This document shows, piece after piece, positions 13,290-25,692 of a stretch of 59,846 nt of DNA. The notes under the pieces are model-generated. The model saw only the letters and a program-made list of their open reading frames with translations, was not told the DNA's origin and made no database searches. The translations under genes and the position numbers were made by a program. The stretch is from positions 650,697 to 710,542 of the forward strand of contig NW_003314351.1 of the NCBI RefSeq assembly GCF_000143415.4, in the 5' to 3' direction. Position 1 is the stretch's first letter. Every line of letters starts with the position of its first letter. The stretch comes from Selaginella moellendorffii. Lineage: Eukaryota > Plantae > Lycopodiophyta.

Positions 13290-13888
13290 GATGGGGGAGT
13301 TTATGCACCCACAAGGCTCAAGTTGGGTCATGGTGTTTCAAAATGTCATCCTAGGGCTGTGAAGTGTGGAAGAGAAGTAATCCAACCCAACGGTTGGGGT
13401 AGGTGGGACTTAGTGGGTGGGTCTCCAGACCCCGATTTGATGGCAGATGGTGACTAATGTCATGTTTGAAAAGGGACTTAGAGGACAGGGATCAAGGAAC
13501 ATTGGAAGACAGGGTTTCTCCATAGCTTGGAGCATCATAAGGATGTTAAGGAGTGGTCAAGGGATAGCCACTCATGGAATGGATGGTTTCATCTTGGAAA
13601 ACAGGTTTGTGGTAGTAGCCATGTTGTACTACTACTGAGATTGTAAGAGCAAACATGACTTGACATGCATTGGTGGTACCACTAGTGATCAATGAAGACT
13701 TGGACATGTTGAACACTCAGGACACGAGGGACCAAATGCTATGTCAGTAAGACGTGAACTAGTAAGACGTGAACTGCTATCTTTGGGGTAGCAAGTACCA
13801 TGTTGGAATGTGGACCTTTAGAAGTTATGAATGAGAAGAGGTCAAAGGTGTGGTTGACTAAAGAAAAATGAAATTTTAGTTGCTTACA
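13290..13888 (+). mobile_element. Old, diverged family A LTR remnant
   Basis: Ends ggtgtggttgactaaagaaaaatgaaattttagttgcttaca, similar to the LTR end at 48770-48814; start approximate. Confidence 0.55.
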
Positions 13889-14258
13889 AGAGGGTAATTG
13901 AAACGAACAAGAGAGCGAACCCTAGGCCAACCTCCCAACCCTTAAGGCGTTACGGCCTTAAATCCCACAGGCCATAGAATATTCTCAGAATATTCCCGTG
14001 GTTCGTGTCATTCTCCCCTCCCTCATGACCCAGCCACATACGGTAGCCTCAAAAAGCTAAACGAGCCTCAAATGAAGGGAGTCCAAGGCAATACGGCCAT
14101 GGAGAAAAGATGTGCAAACGGCAACACCAACGTCGCAACAAACGGTCACGAAAGAAAGAAAGCAATACGGCTTTCTCACATGACAATACGGTCATGGAAA
14201 ACAAGAGAATGAGAATAGAACAAACGGCTCAAATCATATAGCAATACGGCTATAAAAC

Positions 14259-15880
14259 TCAATTCTCCCCTTCCTCAGGAATGTCATCCAAGTCATAACC
14301 AAAACTCGGAAACACTCTTTTCATGTCATCCTCAGTTTCCCATGTAGCTTCGTCCATGGAATAACCATTCCACTGAACTAACAACTCCCTAGTTGTTTTC
14401 CGGCATGTTTTCACCAATCTTTGAGCAAGAATATTGGCTGGACCAGCCTTCTCTGCATCAATCTCTGGAACCTGGACGATGGACTGATCCACGATATCAC
14501 CAGAGTGCAAACACACTTTAAGCTTGCTCACATGGAACGTTGGATGAATCTTCGAACTAACTGGCAAGTCCAAAGTGTATGCAAGATCCCCTACACGCTG
14601 TAAAATTGTCCAAGGTCCACAATACCGTGGAGACAACTTAGCACTGCCACCTCCTTTTAGAGACCGTTGTGCATCCGACAGCTTAAGGAAAACCTTGTCA
14701 CCAACTTTGTACTCTTGATGACGATGATGCTCATCAGCCAATCTTTTGTCTCGTTCTTGAGCTTGCCTCATGTTCAATTTTGCCAACTCAAGCTTGTCTT
14801 GCATATCCTCCAAGAAATCACAAGCATGAGGAACCCGAACCAAAGCCAAACTCACAGGAGACCTAGGCTCATAGCCATACATCGCCATAAAAGGAGACAT
14901 GCCAATAGCCGATTGATAAGCGCTATTGTGAGCAAATTGAAGCAAAGGCAAGTATTTTTCCCATACTCCCTGTCAAGTCAAGTTTCCCACAAAAGACCGT
15001 AGCATATTTTCTAATAGCTGATTCATGCGCTCTGTCTGCCCACCAGATTGTGGATGCTCACCACTACTCATGCTCAGTTTAGTCTCTAGTTTTTCAAAGA
15101 CCGTTTGCCAAAACTTGGACGTGAACTTAGGATCCCGATCACTCACAATGTCACCCGGCAAACCAGAGAGATTGAATAACCGGTCTACAAACAACTGAGC
15201 AAGTTCAGAAGCTTTTATCGTTGTCTTCACAGGGAAGAAGTGAGCCATCTTCGTCAAACGATCCACAACAACCCAAATAGCATCATTTCCTCGAAAGGTT
15301 TTGGGCAAACCAGTGATAAAGTCCATCGAAATGCTATCCCACTTATTCTCGGGTACACGTAAAGGATGATAGAGGCCAGCGAGCTTCTGATGATCAACTT
15401 TGACCGCCTGGCAGGTCAAACAACCACGTACGTACTTCTCAACATCTGACTTCATCCCAGGCCAAAAGAAATGCCTCTTCACCAACATATATGTTCTCAA
15501 TACCCCCGGATGCCCAGCACTTGGCACATCATGACACTCAACCAAAATCCGTTTGATGAGTTTGTCAACACGAGGAACCACAACACGTCCCTTCTTCACC
15601 AGGATTCCATCTCGTATTTCAAATGACGAAAACTTGTCACCCTTTAAATCTGTAGAGGCGTCCCTCAACAAAACCTTCGCGCGAATATCAGTGATGAAGG
15701 AGTCAAAGTCAACAAACTCCTTAAGCTCATCCAAGAGATCGCTGGATAGCTTCACAAACGAGATAGAATTTACCATCCTGGATAATGCATCAGCCACCTT
15801 ATTATCACCTCCATGCTTGTACCGGATCTTAACAGACATTTCCTGCAGGAACTCTTGGCAACGAGCAAGGCAGCCTCGAA
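14259..15880 (-). pseudogene. pol: RNase H tail + integrase + chromodomain, frameshifted near 14960-14975
   Basis: NKVADALSR, HHCC zinc finger (HD..AGHPG..C..CQ), SMDFITGLP, SDRDPKF, GQTER; chromodomain LLVQWNGYSMDEATWE in ORF 14259-14951. Confidence 0.9.
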
Positions 15881-16086
15881 GATCCATATCTAGAGAGACT
15901 GATGATTTGAATCTACATAGAAGTCCGATCCATATAGATAATATTGCCATTCTCGAGTAGGTCAATTCCACTGTGTGGCATCAAACTTGTGGCTCATGAA
16001 GGCGAGAGAATGCCTAACTTGAAGCAATACGGCCTCAAAAGCATTCACTCACATCATTGCCCATAATTTCCACCACAGTCACCTTA

Positions 16087-17082
16087 TCATTCATTGACCC
16101 CTTCAGAACAATCCTTGCTTTGATGTCCAGCTCTATGGCAACGAAAACAATTGCCCTCCGCCTTGTCTTTCTCTCGCTGGTCCAAACGAAGTTTCTTAGC
16201 TTCACTACCATCTTCATGCTTCGAGCCACAACGGAATAACGACCGTTTCTTCCCCAAATATGAAGAATTAGCAAGCTGGTCATCACGTTGACTACTCCGT
16301 GGACTATCTCGTTTACCAGAGTTGACCGAGTTGACTGACGGTTCGGGCGAAAAGATCTGAGCCTTAGTGATAGCATCAGTCAATGTTGCTGGAAAATCCT
16401 TCTTGACCTTCTGCTGCACATCCACCGAGCTCAATCCTTTGATAAAACATTGCACCTTTAGCAGCTCATTATAGGTGCCCGTGAGACTAAGGCAAAGATC
16501 ACGGAACTTGCGGGCATACACATCCAAAGACAAAGTCCCCTGCCGGATCTCTAACAACTGATTCACGAGATCAACCTCTTCAAACTTCTTGACAAATGAA
16601 GCGCGGAAAACTTTTGTCAAATCAGTCCAAGAAGTCGGCGTCGGATTAGCTTTGATGTAATTCTTCCACCACGAAGAAGCATGGCCCGTAAGCTTTGTCA
16701 CAAAGAAATCTATCTTCACCTTATCCTCACAAGGATTGTGAGACCAACAACTTTCCCACAATTCCAACCAAGAATCAACCTCGTGACTATCACAAACATC
16801 CGGTGATGATTTCCATTCCACGATACCATAATCCTTGGCATGCTTGACATACCAATGGTAATCACGGACATGAGATCGATTCAATCCTTGAGGGTCCATG
16901 CGAAGCAAGAAATCCTTAATGAGATTGACGGAATCCTTAACCTCCTTTATGTCGCTCTGAACCGCAGAAATCTGGCGTCCTTGCCACAGAACAACATCAT
17001 CAAGAGTTTCTTCCACATCGTCATGACTATCATCACTAACGCCATACTCCTCATCAAGATCAATATCTTGCTCTCCCGCCAT
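16087..17082 (-). CDS. gag: Gag (retrotransposon gag domain + CCHC zinc knuckle), ~331 aa
   Basis: LTGHASSWW..SWTDLTKVFRASF..LLEIRQG motifs; C-terminal CFRCHRAGHQSKDC knuckle. Confidence 0.9.
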   Translation of the reverse strand: MAGEQDIDLDEEYGVSDDSHDDVEETLDDVVLWQGRQISAVQSDIKEVKDSVNLIKDFLLRMDPQGLNRSHVRDYHWYVKHAKDYGIVEWKSSPDVCDSHEVDSWLELWESCWSHNPCEDKVKIDFFVTKLTGHASSWWKNYIKANPTPTSWTDLTKVFRASFVKKFEEVDLVNQLLEIRQGTLSLDVYARKFRDLCLSLTGTYNELLKVQCFIKGLSSVDVQQKVKKDFPATLTDAITKAQIFSPEPSVNSVNSGKRDSPRSSQRDDQLANSSYLGKKRSLFRCGSKHEDGSEAKKLRLDQREKDKAEGNCFRCHRAGHQSKDCSEGVNE

Positions 17083-17330
17083 CCCCAAAAGAACGTGCTG
17101 CTCCGATACCAATGAAACGAACAAGAGAGCGAACCCTAGGCCAACCTCCCAACCCTTAAGGCGTTACGGCCTTAAATCCCACAGGCCATAGAATATTCTC
17201 GGAATATTCCCGTGGTTCGTGTCAGTAATGAAGTAGAGTCAGGTTGGGCCTCACTCCCATCTTTTGGGATTTTGTGTTTACAAGTGTCTAAAAATGTAAC
17301 AGTGTCCTTAGATTGGAGAGACTCCTCCAG

Positions 17331-20300
17331 TGTTATGATCTGGCGTAAAAAGACAAAGATCTAGTTACCCTAGACTATGCTATGCCACCTCTTGAGGTTC
17401 CTCACCACCCAACCACCCCCGAGCTACCTCAAAAGCTCCACTGCGCTGCCGCTCCACTGTGAGCCCTAGGGTAGGTTAAGTCCCTTACCCTAACATGCCT
17501 TAATATACCCTTGAGCCTCCCTTTGACCGATGTTGACCACATAGTCAAAGCTGGTGCCTAACAATTCTTCCCCCCCAACAAAGTCCTTGTCCCAAGGACA
17601 AGTTGTACCGGTGATCACCCTTTCTGGGGAATCCTGCTCAAGCTCCTGGTCCATCTTCCACAGCCATATACATCAAGGAGGCATTGGGCCCGTCACTCCG
17701 AGATAGTACACCTTTCAACTGGCTGACATAAAATACCGGATGAATTTTCACCCCAACTGGCAGCCGCACTCAATAAGCCGCTTTACCAATGCGCTCTAGC
17801 ACTTCATATGGACCAGCATATCGATGGGAGAGTTTATCACTCTTCCCTGTCCGTAAAGGCACCAAGGTGTTCCGTCGCTCACTTGATGGAAAGATCACTC
17901 GCACAAAGATGAGATCACCCACCTTATATTCCCGGAATTGGCGATGCTCATTGGCAAACTTCTCTGCTCTGTCCTGAGCTGCTTGCAAATTCCGTTTGCA
18001 CACCACCAGAATCTCATCAAGTTCTGTGGCCAGATCAGTTGCCTCGGAATCAAGTTTATCTTGAACGTCCTTACTCAAATGCAATCCCAACTCCACCGCT
18101 GTTTGAGGATGCCTTCCAAACATGGCAAAGTAAGGACTTAGCTTGGTTCCACTGTGTTGGCTATTGTTGTAAGCAAATTGCACCAACGGAAGATATAGAT
18201 CCCATTGTCCTTGCCTTTGACCAATGCTACAACGTAGCATATCCTCCACCACCTGATTCACACGCTCAGTTTGCCCATCCGTCTGAGGATGATCTCCACT
18301 TGAGAGTTTCAAAGTCACTTGCATAGCCTTTGCAAAGCTTTTCCAAAATCCACTGGTGAACTTTGAATCTCGATCACTAATGATGTCCTTTGGCAAACCA
18401 AAATCAGGAAAAACCTTCTCCAAGTAAACCGCAGCCATGTCTGAGGCAGTGACAGTCTTCCGAAGAGCCAACAACCGCACATACTTCGTTAACCGATCTA
18501 CTATGACCCACACTTGCTCCTTTTGCCTCTGTGTTTGTGGCAAACAAGTGATGAAGTCCATAGAGATACTACACCAACGGCTCTGAGGAATAGGTAAAGG
18601 TTGCAAAAGTCCCCCCGGCTTCTCCCGTGGCACCTTAACCCGCTGACAAAGCTCGCATGATTTACAATACTTGAGGATATCAGCCTTCATATTCCTCCAA
18701 TAAAAGTTGCGCTTAATCAACTCATACGTCTTCTTCCCCCCAAAATGACCGGCCTCTGGACGATCATGATAGTGGAATAAAACTTGAGTAATTAACACAT
18801 CCACCTGTGGCAAATATACACGGCCATTGTAGTAGAGAATCCCATCCACCAATGAGAAAGGGGCTTCCATCTGGGCTCGCAAAGAGGCCACCTCAGCATC
18901 CTAAGCCTGAGCATGCTCAACCAACTGCCCAAACTCGCTGACCACCTTACTCAAATGATGACAAAATCGTGTTCATAATGTCGTCACATGACGAACACGA
19001 GATAAAGCATCCGCCACCACATTTGATTTTCCCGGACGATGCTCAATAGGAAACTCCCCAAACTCCATGAGTTTGACCATCCAACGAGCTTGCCTAGTGT
19101 TCAACTCCTTCTGTGTGAAAAGATACACAAGTGGTTTGTGATCTGTCAACACCACGAACACTGCACTATAAAGATAGTGCTGCCATCCGCAAAGCATGAA
19201 CAATAGAGAGTAACTCTTGCTCATATGTGGAATAGCGTTGCTCTGCGGAATTCAAAGTTCGACTCTCATATGCAATAGGCTGTCCCTCTTGCATGAGAAC
19301 TCCTCCCAGTGCATAACCACTCGCATCGCATGTCACTTCGTAAGGTTTCGATGGATCAGCAATGCGAAGCACTGGAGTTTCGCTCAACAATCGTTTCAGC
19401 GCCACAAAACTCTCCTCTTGTGGCTTCTTCCACTCGAATGGCACATTCTTGCGTAACAACCGCGTCAAAGGAATAGCCACCTCTGCAAACTTATGCTGGA
19501 AACGTCGGTAGTAACTAGCCATACCAAGAAAACTGCGCAACTTGGCCATTGTAGTCGGTGTAGGCCAGTTTTCCACCACAGCCACCTTCCTTGGATCCGT
19601 CTTGACACCCTTAGATGTCACAATATGGCCTAGATATTCCACCTCCGACTTTGCAAATTCACATTTGCTCTTCTTCGCATAAAGTTTGCTGTCTCGAAGT
19701 AACAAAAGAACTTTGTGCAAATGCACCCTATGCTCCTCCATATTCTTGCTAAAAACAAGAATATCGTCCAAGAAAATCTCCACAAACTCATGAAGATAAC
19801 GCCCAAATACCTCCATCATCAACCGAGTAAATGTGGCCGGTGCATTCGTCAAACCAAACGGCATAACTGTAAACTCAAAATGTCCGAAGCTTGTATTGAA
19901 TGCCGTCTTGGAGATAAATGCATCATCCATTGCAATCTGATGATATCCACTCCTTAGATCAATCTTGGTAAACACTCGTGCTTCACCAAGCTTGTCCAGG
20001 ATATCATCCACACGTGGCATCGGCATCTTATCCTTCACTGTCTTCTTGTTTAAAGCATGGTAGTCAATACACATCTGCATTGAACCGTCCTTCTTCTTCA
20101 CAAGCAAGACTGAAGCACCAAACGGAGATTTACTTGGCTGAATAAATCCAAACTCAAGTAACTCCTTGACTTGTCGTTGAACTTCTTGCTCCTCCGCATA
20201 ACTTAACCAGAATGGACACCGGTAAATTGGCCGTGTCCCCGGCTCCAATGTAATCCCATGCTCCACACCTCGTAATGGAGGCAATCCATGAGGAAGTTCA

Positions 20301-22244
20301 AATGGAAAAACATCAGAAAACTCATCAAGTACATCCCGTACTGCTGCTTCTCCCCCACACGTGCCTTGGTCCCCCAAGTCACGAACAAACAGCAAGTAAC
20401 TTGAAAGTGCTTTTCCATTACGACAAGCCCACTTCAAAGATGTAGCAAAGAGCATAACAACTGGTGGTTGAACGCCCTCGCCAAACCACACATCTTTAAC
20501 ACCACCATACTCCAGCGAGATACGCTTAATGCTCCACTTTATCTCTGGATCCACCTTCACCAACCATGGCATCCCAAGAATGAGATCCACACGATGGATA
20601 TGCGCGAGATAAAAAGTCTCCACAAGTGTGGTTTTGCCAACCAACACTTCCAGCCCCTCGACACAAGCATCAAAATGCTGAGCAGAGGTAGCTACACCTT
20701 CCACTGTGTATGGAAGAACTCCACGTGTGTTTAGGCGATGCTCCACAACAAACTTTGCCGAAACAAAGTTGTCATCGCTCCCACTATCCAGTAAAATCTG
20801 CACTGGATCGCCACGAAACACGCCCTCTAGCATTAAAGCTGATTCATGCGTATCCTCGAGCTCCATCTTGTTCCACACACAGTTGAGTTGACGAGCAACG
20901 ATCGAAAGTCTCTTCCTCTGACCGGAATGGTCGTTCTCATCATCCTCACGCTGTAAAGCTTGCAACTTTTTAGTATCTGACTTACTGTGAGAAGATGATT
21001 GGCCATTCTTCTTGTCCTGCTGCTTGTTCTTCAACTGTGGACAATCAGCCTTGTAGTGTCCAAGTTCGCCGCAATGATGACAACCCTGTCTATAATTCTT
21101 CACAAAGAACTTCTGCTTCTTGGACCCCTTTGCATCTGAAGTAGTCACCACCAACTTCAACTTGTGATGCTTGTTCCCATCCTTGTGTCCACGGCGATCA
21201 TCATGACGATTCTCGACAGAAGGACTCCGCGAACGCTTGCGAGACTTGTGCTTGTCATTGTCAAGTCGACGAGCCGCATCAAAGAGCTCCTCCAAACTCT
21301 TTGTAGGCTGAGAATGACACAAGTGTTGCCGCATGCTCTCACTATGTAGGCCATCAATGAAGTAGGACTTGTTCTGATCTGGATCCTTCGTTGGAACACG
21401 ACTAATCAAGCGAGTAAGCTTCTCAATATAATCCCCGAGTGTCATTTTCCCTTGCTGGAAATGGCGAAGTTCTATAAGAGCATTCTCCACGTCGTAATGA
21501 GGGGCAAAACGTAAACGGAAAGAAGCCTCAAACTCATCCATGGTAGACACTGGTGGTTTCTTATCCGCAACACGGGACTCCTCAAGCCAATTCCACCATC
21601 GAAGACCCGCATCACGCAAAACCATCGGAATAGCCACTAAAGCCTCTGCATCTGGAGTTCCTCTAGCAGCCAAGAACTTCTTCACATTGGCTAGCCAAGC
21701 GAGACACTCGTCCACACCACCATCACCGGAAAAGGTTGGAATCTTGAGTCGATCTACCAAAGAAGGTTTACTTGGAGCGCTACCCCGTCCAGCCTCGAGT
21801 GCCTCAACACGCCCACGCATGGTATCCATCATGCCATGCATCTCGTCTTGCATCTCTTGCTGATTTCGATTAAGGGCTCGCAGCTCATGAACCACATCTT
21901 GAATGGTCCAAATCTCTGCAGCTTCGTCGGCACCATCGTTGGCACCACCATCGACAATAGGATTCCAGCGTTCAGCTTGGTCGGCCATCGCAACCAATCC
22001 TCTGATATCAATGTTATGATCCGGCATAAAAAGACAAAGATCTAGTTGCCCTAGACTATGCTACGCCACCTCTTGAGGTTCCTCACCACCCAACCACCCC
22101 CGAGCTACCTCAAAAGCTCCACTATGCCGCCGCTCCATGTTGAGCCCTAGGGTAGGTTAAGTCCCTTACCCTAACATGCCTTAATATACCCTTGAGCTTC
22201 CCTTTGACCGACATTGACCACGTAGTCAAAGCTGGCGTCTAGCA
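17331..22244 (-). mobile_element. Full-length Ty3/gypsy LTR retrotransposon (family D), pseudogenised
   Basis: 233-bp LTRs at 17331-17563 and 22012-22244 (~18 differences by eye), TSD TCCAG on both sides, PBS-like TGATATCAGAG at 22000-22010, PPT at 17564-17579. Confidence 0.95.
17770..21988 (-). pseudogene. gag-pol: gag-pol polyprotein (gag, CCHC, protease, RT, RNase H, integrase) with frameshift and stops
   Basis: CHHCGELGHYKADC; LLDSGSDDNF protease; RT DLRSGYHQ..MPFGLTNAP..FLDD; RNase H CDAS; frameshift near 19195; stops near 18973 and 18900; integrase ORF 17770-18891. Confidence 0.92.
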
Positions 22245-23189
22245 TCCAGAGAGGATTGAGAGAATTGATGAGAGAATTTTGAGCTGAGACAGCTGATTGG
22301 TGGCACTGCAGTGGCCCAGAGCAGATCTAATCACTAAAAGTGCGTTCTTTGCCAATTTCCTGCAAGATTCTGCGGCAATGGGGCGTTCAGGGGCAACTGC
22401 ACCTTATATGACACCTCAGAGCCCCTGTTCTGCCAGTTCCAGTATGGCTTGTGGCTTGCTAGGGGAAACCCAGCGGCCATAAGTTGTCATCTCTCCTCCA
22501 AACACACTCTGTCATTCTAAACCCCTAAAATGGAGACATCCTACATGGAGAGAAGCTCAAATGATAAAGCTGCATGTTGGACCAAGGCAAGAGAGACAAC
22601 AGTGCATGATAGAGTGCTGCAAGAGAGATGAGAGAGTGCAAGAGCCAGCAAGAGAGAAGAGAGCACAAAACCACAAAAAAGCCACATGTGAAACAGTTAA
22701 TGTCTTTCTGATGTGAGAGAGATTAACAAATTAAAAATTCTTTTTTATTTTTAATGCAGTCTCATATTGAATATCACTCTAGGTTAGTAGTACCATCTTT
22801 TTAATAAAAGGATGTGTTACATCCTTTTATCCCAATATGATTATTGTTATTAATTTGGTCGCATATATTTCACAACACATATATAAAAAGAAATATTACC
22901 AGTTTAAAAGGTAAAAGACAATTTTCTAGGATAAATTTATTAGGGTTTGCCACTCATGCCCTGAAAAAAGTGTTCTGTAGCATGTGTGTATAGGCCAATT
23001 CCAAGTGTCTTGTCAGCATAAATGCTGCAAGGGAGAGATACCCTCCTAGATTGGAATTTTTTTGTATGGCAGATATATACCTAAAACATTCTAGTACATA
23101 CAATTGCTGGAATCCAACTGTTATAACAACATATTTCACACATTAGTGTGCATTACCCTCCTTGCAAAGTGGTGCCTTGATCTACCCAC

Positions 23190-23940
23190 TGAAATGAACA
23201 GGAGAGTGAACCCTAGGCCAACCTCCCAAAGCGTTATGGCCTTAAATATTGGAATGGAATATGGACCATGGAATATTCTTAGAATATTCCTATGGTTCGT
23301 GTCATTCTCCCCTCCCTCATGACCCAGCCACATAAGGTAACCTCGAGAAGCTAAATGAGCCTCACATGAAGGGGGTCCAAGGCAATACAGCCATGGAGAA
23401 AAAATGTGCAAACAGCAACACCAACATTGCGACAAACAGCCACAAAAGAAAGAAAGTAATACGGCTTTCTCACATAACAATACGGTCATGGAAACAAGAG
23501 AATGTGAATAGAACAAACAGCTCAAATCATATAGCAATACGGCTATAGAACTCAATTCTCCCCTTCCTTAGGAATGTCATCCAAGTCAACCAAAACTCGG
23601 AAACACTCTCTTCACGTCATTCTTAGTTTTCCATGTAACTTCATCCATGGAATAACCATTCCACTAAACTAACAACTCCCTAGTTATCTTTCGGTGTGTT
23701 TTCACTAATCTTTGAGCAAGAATATTGGCCAGACCAGCCTTTTCTGCATCAATCTCTAGGACCTGGATGATGGATTGATCCATGATATCACTAGAGTGCA
23801 AACACGCTTTAAGCTTGGTCACATGGAACATTGGATGAATCTTCGAACTAGCTGGCAAGTCCAAAGTGTATGCAAGATCCCCCACACACTGTAAAATTGT
23901 CCAAGGCCCATAATACTATGGAGACAACTTAGCATTGCTT
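23190..23940 (-). mobile_element. Truncated, diverged family C copy (LTR 23190-23304, PPT, chromodomain remnant)
   Basis: Colinear with 13899-14650. Confidence 0.9.
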
Positions 23941-24378
23941 CTTTCATTTGAAATTTTAGCTTTAGAGCAGCAGCAATAACCTTTGGACCAGAACTGGCGC
24001 ACAAAATGTTGCCGCTGGTTGATATGCAAACATTATACCTAAACACAATCCATTTAAGAAAACTTCATGTCACCACTGATCAAAAGTGGGCTGATGCACT
24101 AGAGCACTTCCAATTAGGATAAAGGGCACCAAACACACATCAACCTCTCTAGTTCGCCACACACAAGCTACAAATACTACTTATTCTAGCATAACACTAA
24201 CACGTTTCAAATTCACATGAAAGAAGCATAGGCAACTTAGTCTCTTCCCACACTCTTATGCTTCATGATAGGCGCCAGACAATTTCTTAAAATGAGATAT
24301 TCTGTTATGTGTTCAGCCAGCCGTTAAAACTCAAAACGCGCCTCTGCCTATCACAAAACCACAAGTAAAAGACAAAAA

Positions 24379-25596
24379 ATGGGAAGGAAGAACAAAGACA
24401 ACAAGAATCCAGGCCCTGGTGCATACTATCCAGACGTCAAGCCAGTCACTCCAGCATCTCCAGCGTATTCGATCTCCTGCAAGCCTCCTCCTCCCCACAA
24501 TGACGAAGATAATCCCGGACCAGGAGCATACACTGTCGAGCATGGAAATAAGCGTTTTGGACCTGCATTTACAATTCCTGGTCGCCATCCTTCTTCTCAC
24601 GAGAAAGACGAAAAAGCACTTATGCCTGGACCTGGAGCATACAGAGCCGACTGTGAGATCATTCATCCTCGAGATCCTGCTTACTCAATGCAGGGACGAA
24701 GGTCTTCCTACCCAAAAGAAGTTCTACCTGGACCGGGTGCTTACGGTGCTGGAGCTTCAGAAAGCGGTCCGTCTTTTACAATTCTGGCGAAAAGAGAGTC
24801 GCCAATGTCTACAAGTGCCGAAACGCCTGGACCGGGCGCCTATAATGCTGGAGAGCGTCCAAAATCGTCGGCTATTTCTTTTGCTGGGAAATATGGACGA
24901 AGGTTGGAGGATGACAGTCCTGGACCGGGAGCTTATCCAGCAGCAAGCACTTTAACAGGTCCATCCTTCAGCATGGCACGAAAGCGACCACCACGAGAGG
25001 TTATTGAGACGCCTGGACCTGGACAGTATGCAGCAGACGCAGCCCTGGCTTATCTTCAACACAAAGAGCCTGCTTTCAGCATTGCTGGTCGAGGACGAAG
25101 ACAGGTTGAAATTTCTGGACCCGGGCCTGGTGCCTACAGTCCCAGGGTNNNNNNNNNNNNNNNNNNNNNNNNNNNNNNNNNNNNNNNNNNNNNNNNNNNN
25201 NNNNNNNNNNNNNNNNNNNNNNNNNNNNNNNNNNNNNNNNNNNNNNNNNNNNNNNNNNNNNNNNNNNNNNNNNNNNNNNNNGCAGGGCGACACAGTAAAT
25301 CGCTTCAGGAAACTGGACCTGGGCCAGGTGCTTACAGTCCAGTAGAAAGCTACTGGGGTGGTCCGGCTTACAGCTTCACATCCAGAAAGCTCAACAGGCC
25401 AATGAGAGAGTCACCGGGACCAGGAGAGTACAAGGCCAGCACCAAGAAAATAGCCGAATCATCACCCGCTTTCTCCATTGGCATCAAGTATTCTTCCAAG
25501 AATTTTGAATCTGGTCCAGGACCTGGAACATACAACTCGAAATCTTCCCTTGGAGGACCGGCTTTCACACTCTCTGGAAGAGGTGATGATGATTAG
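24379..25596 (+). CDS. ODF3/SHIPPO (sperm-tail PG-rich repeat, CIMAP1/STPG-like) protein, ~405 aa including gap
   Basis: 11 visible P-G-P-G-x-Y repeats, each followed by a P(A/S)(F/Y)(S/T)(I/M/F/L)-like motif. The frame is preserved across the 133-N gap. Confidence 0.88.
   Translation: MGRKNKDNKNPGPGAYYPDVKPVTPASPAYSISCKPPPPHNDEDNPGPGAYTVEHGNKRFGPAFTIPGRHPSSHEKDEKALMPGPGAYRADCEIIHPRDPAYSMQGRRSSYPKEVLPGPGAYGAGASESGPSFTILAKRESPMSTSAETPGPGAYNAGERPKSSAISFAGKYGRRLEDDSPGPGAYPAASTLTGPSFSMARKRPPREVIETPGPGQYAADAALAYLQHKEPAFSIAGRGRRQVEISGPGPGAYSPRXXXXXXXXXXXXXXXXXXXXXXXXXXXXXXXXXXXXXXXXXXXXXAGRHSKSLQETGPGPGAYSPVESYWGGPAYSFTSRKLNRPMRESPGPGEYKASTKKIAESSPAFSIGIKYSSKNFESGPGPGTYNSKSSLGGPAFTLSGRGDDD
25149..25281. 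other. Assembly gap (133 N) inside the PGPG-repeat gene
   Basis: Run of N. Confidence 1.
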
Positions 25597-25677
25597 AAAT
25601 GTTTTTCTTTCAAAATGGAAATGTGGAGAACGTTTTATCACAAGAAAGCAACAAATAGTAAGTAGACTAGAAAGAAT

Positions 25678-25685
25678 TAGGGTTT
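25678..25685 (-). promoter_or_regulatory. Telo-box (AAACCCTA) just upstream of the CEP135-like ATG
   Basis: TAGGGTTT a few nt 5' of the ATG at 25693. Confidence 0.4.
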
Positions 25686-25692
25686 CGCCGAA

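Larger units (their letters stand above)
13899..17224 (-). mobile_element. Non-autonomous chromovirus-type Ty3/gypsy element (family C): gag + integrase-chromodomain, no protease/RT
   Basis: 112-bp LTRs at 13899-14010 and 17113-17224 (one mismatch seen), TG..CA termini, 5-bp TSD GTAAT on both sides, PBS TGGTATCGGAGC at 17100-17111, PPT at 14011-14026. Confidence 0.95.

Noticed and set aside
22250-23189. Sequence between family D and the family C remnant
   Set aside because: No ORF, terminus or internal homology I could support.
24319-24325. AGCCGTT MYB/DUO1-like site upstream of the ODF3-like gene
   Set aside because: A single short motif expected by chance; I did not see it consistently before the other cluster genes.
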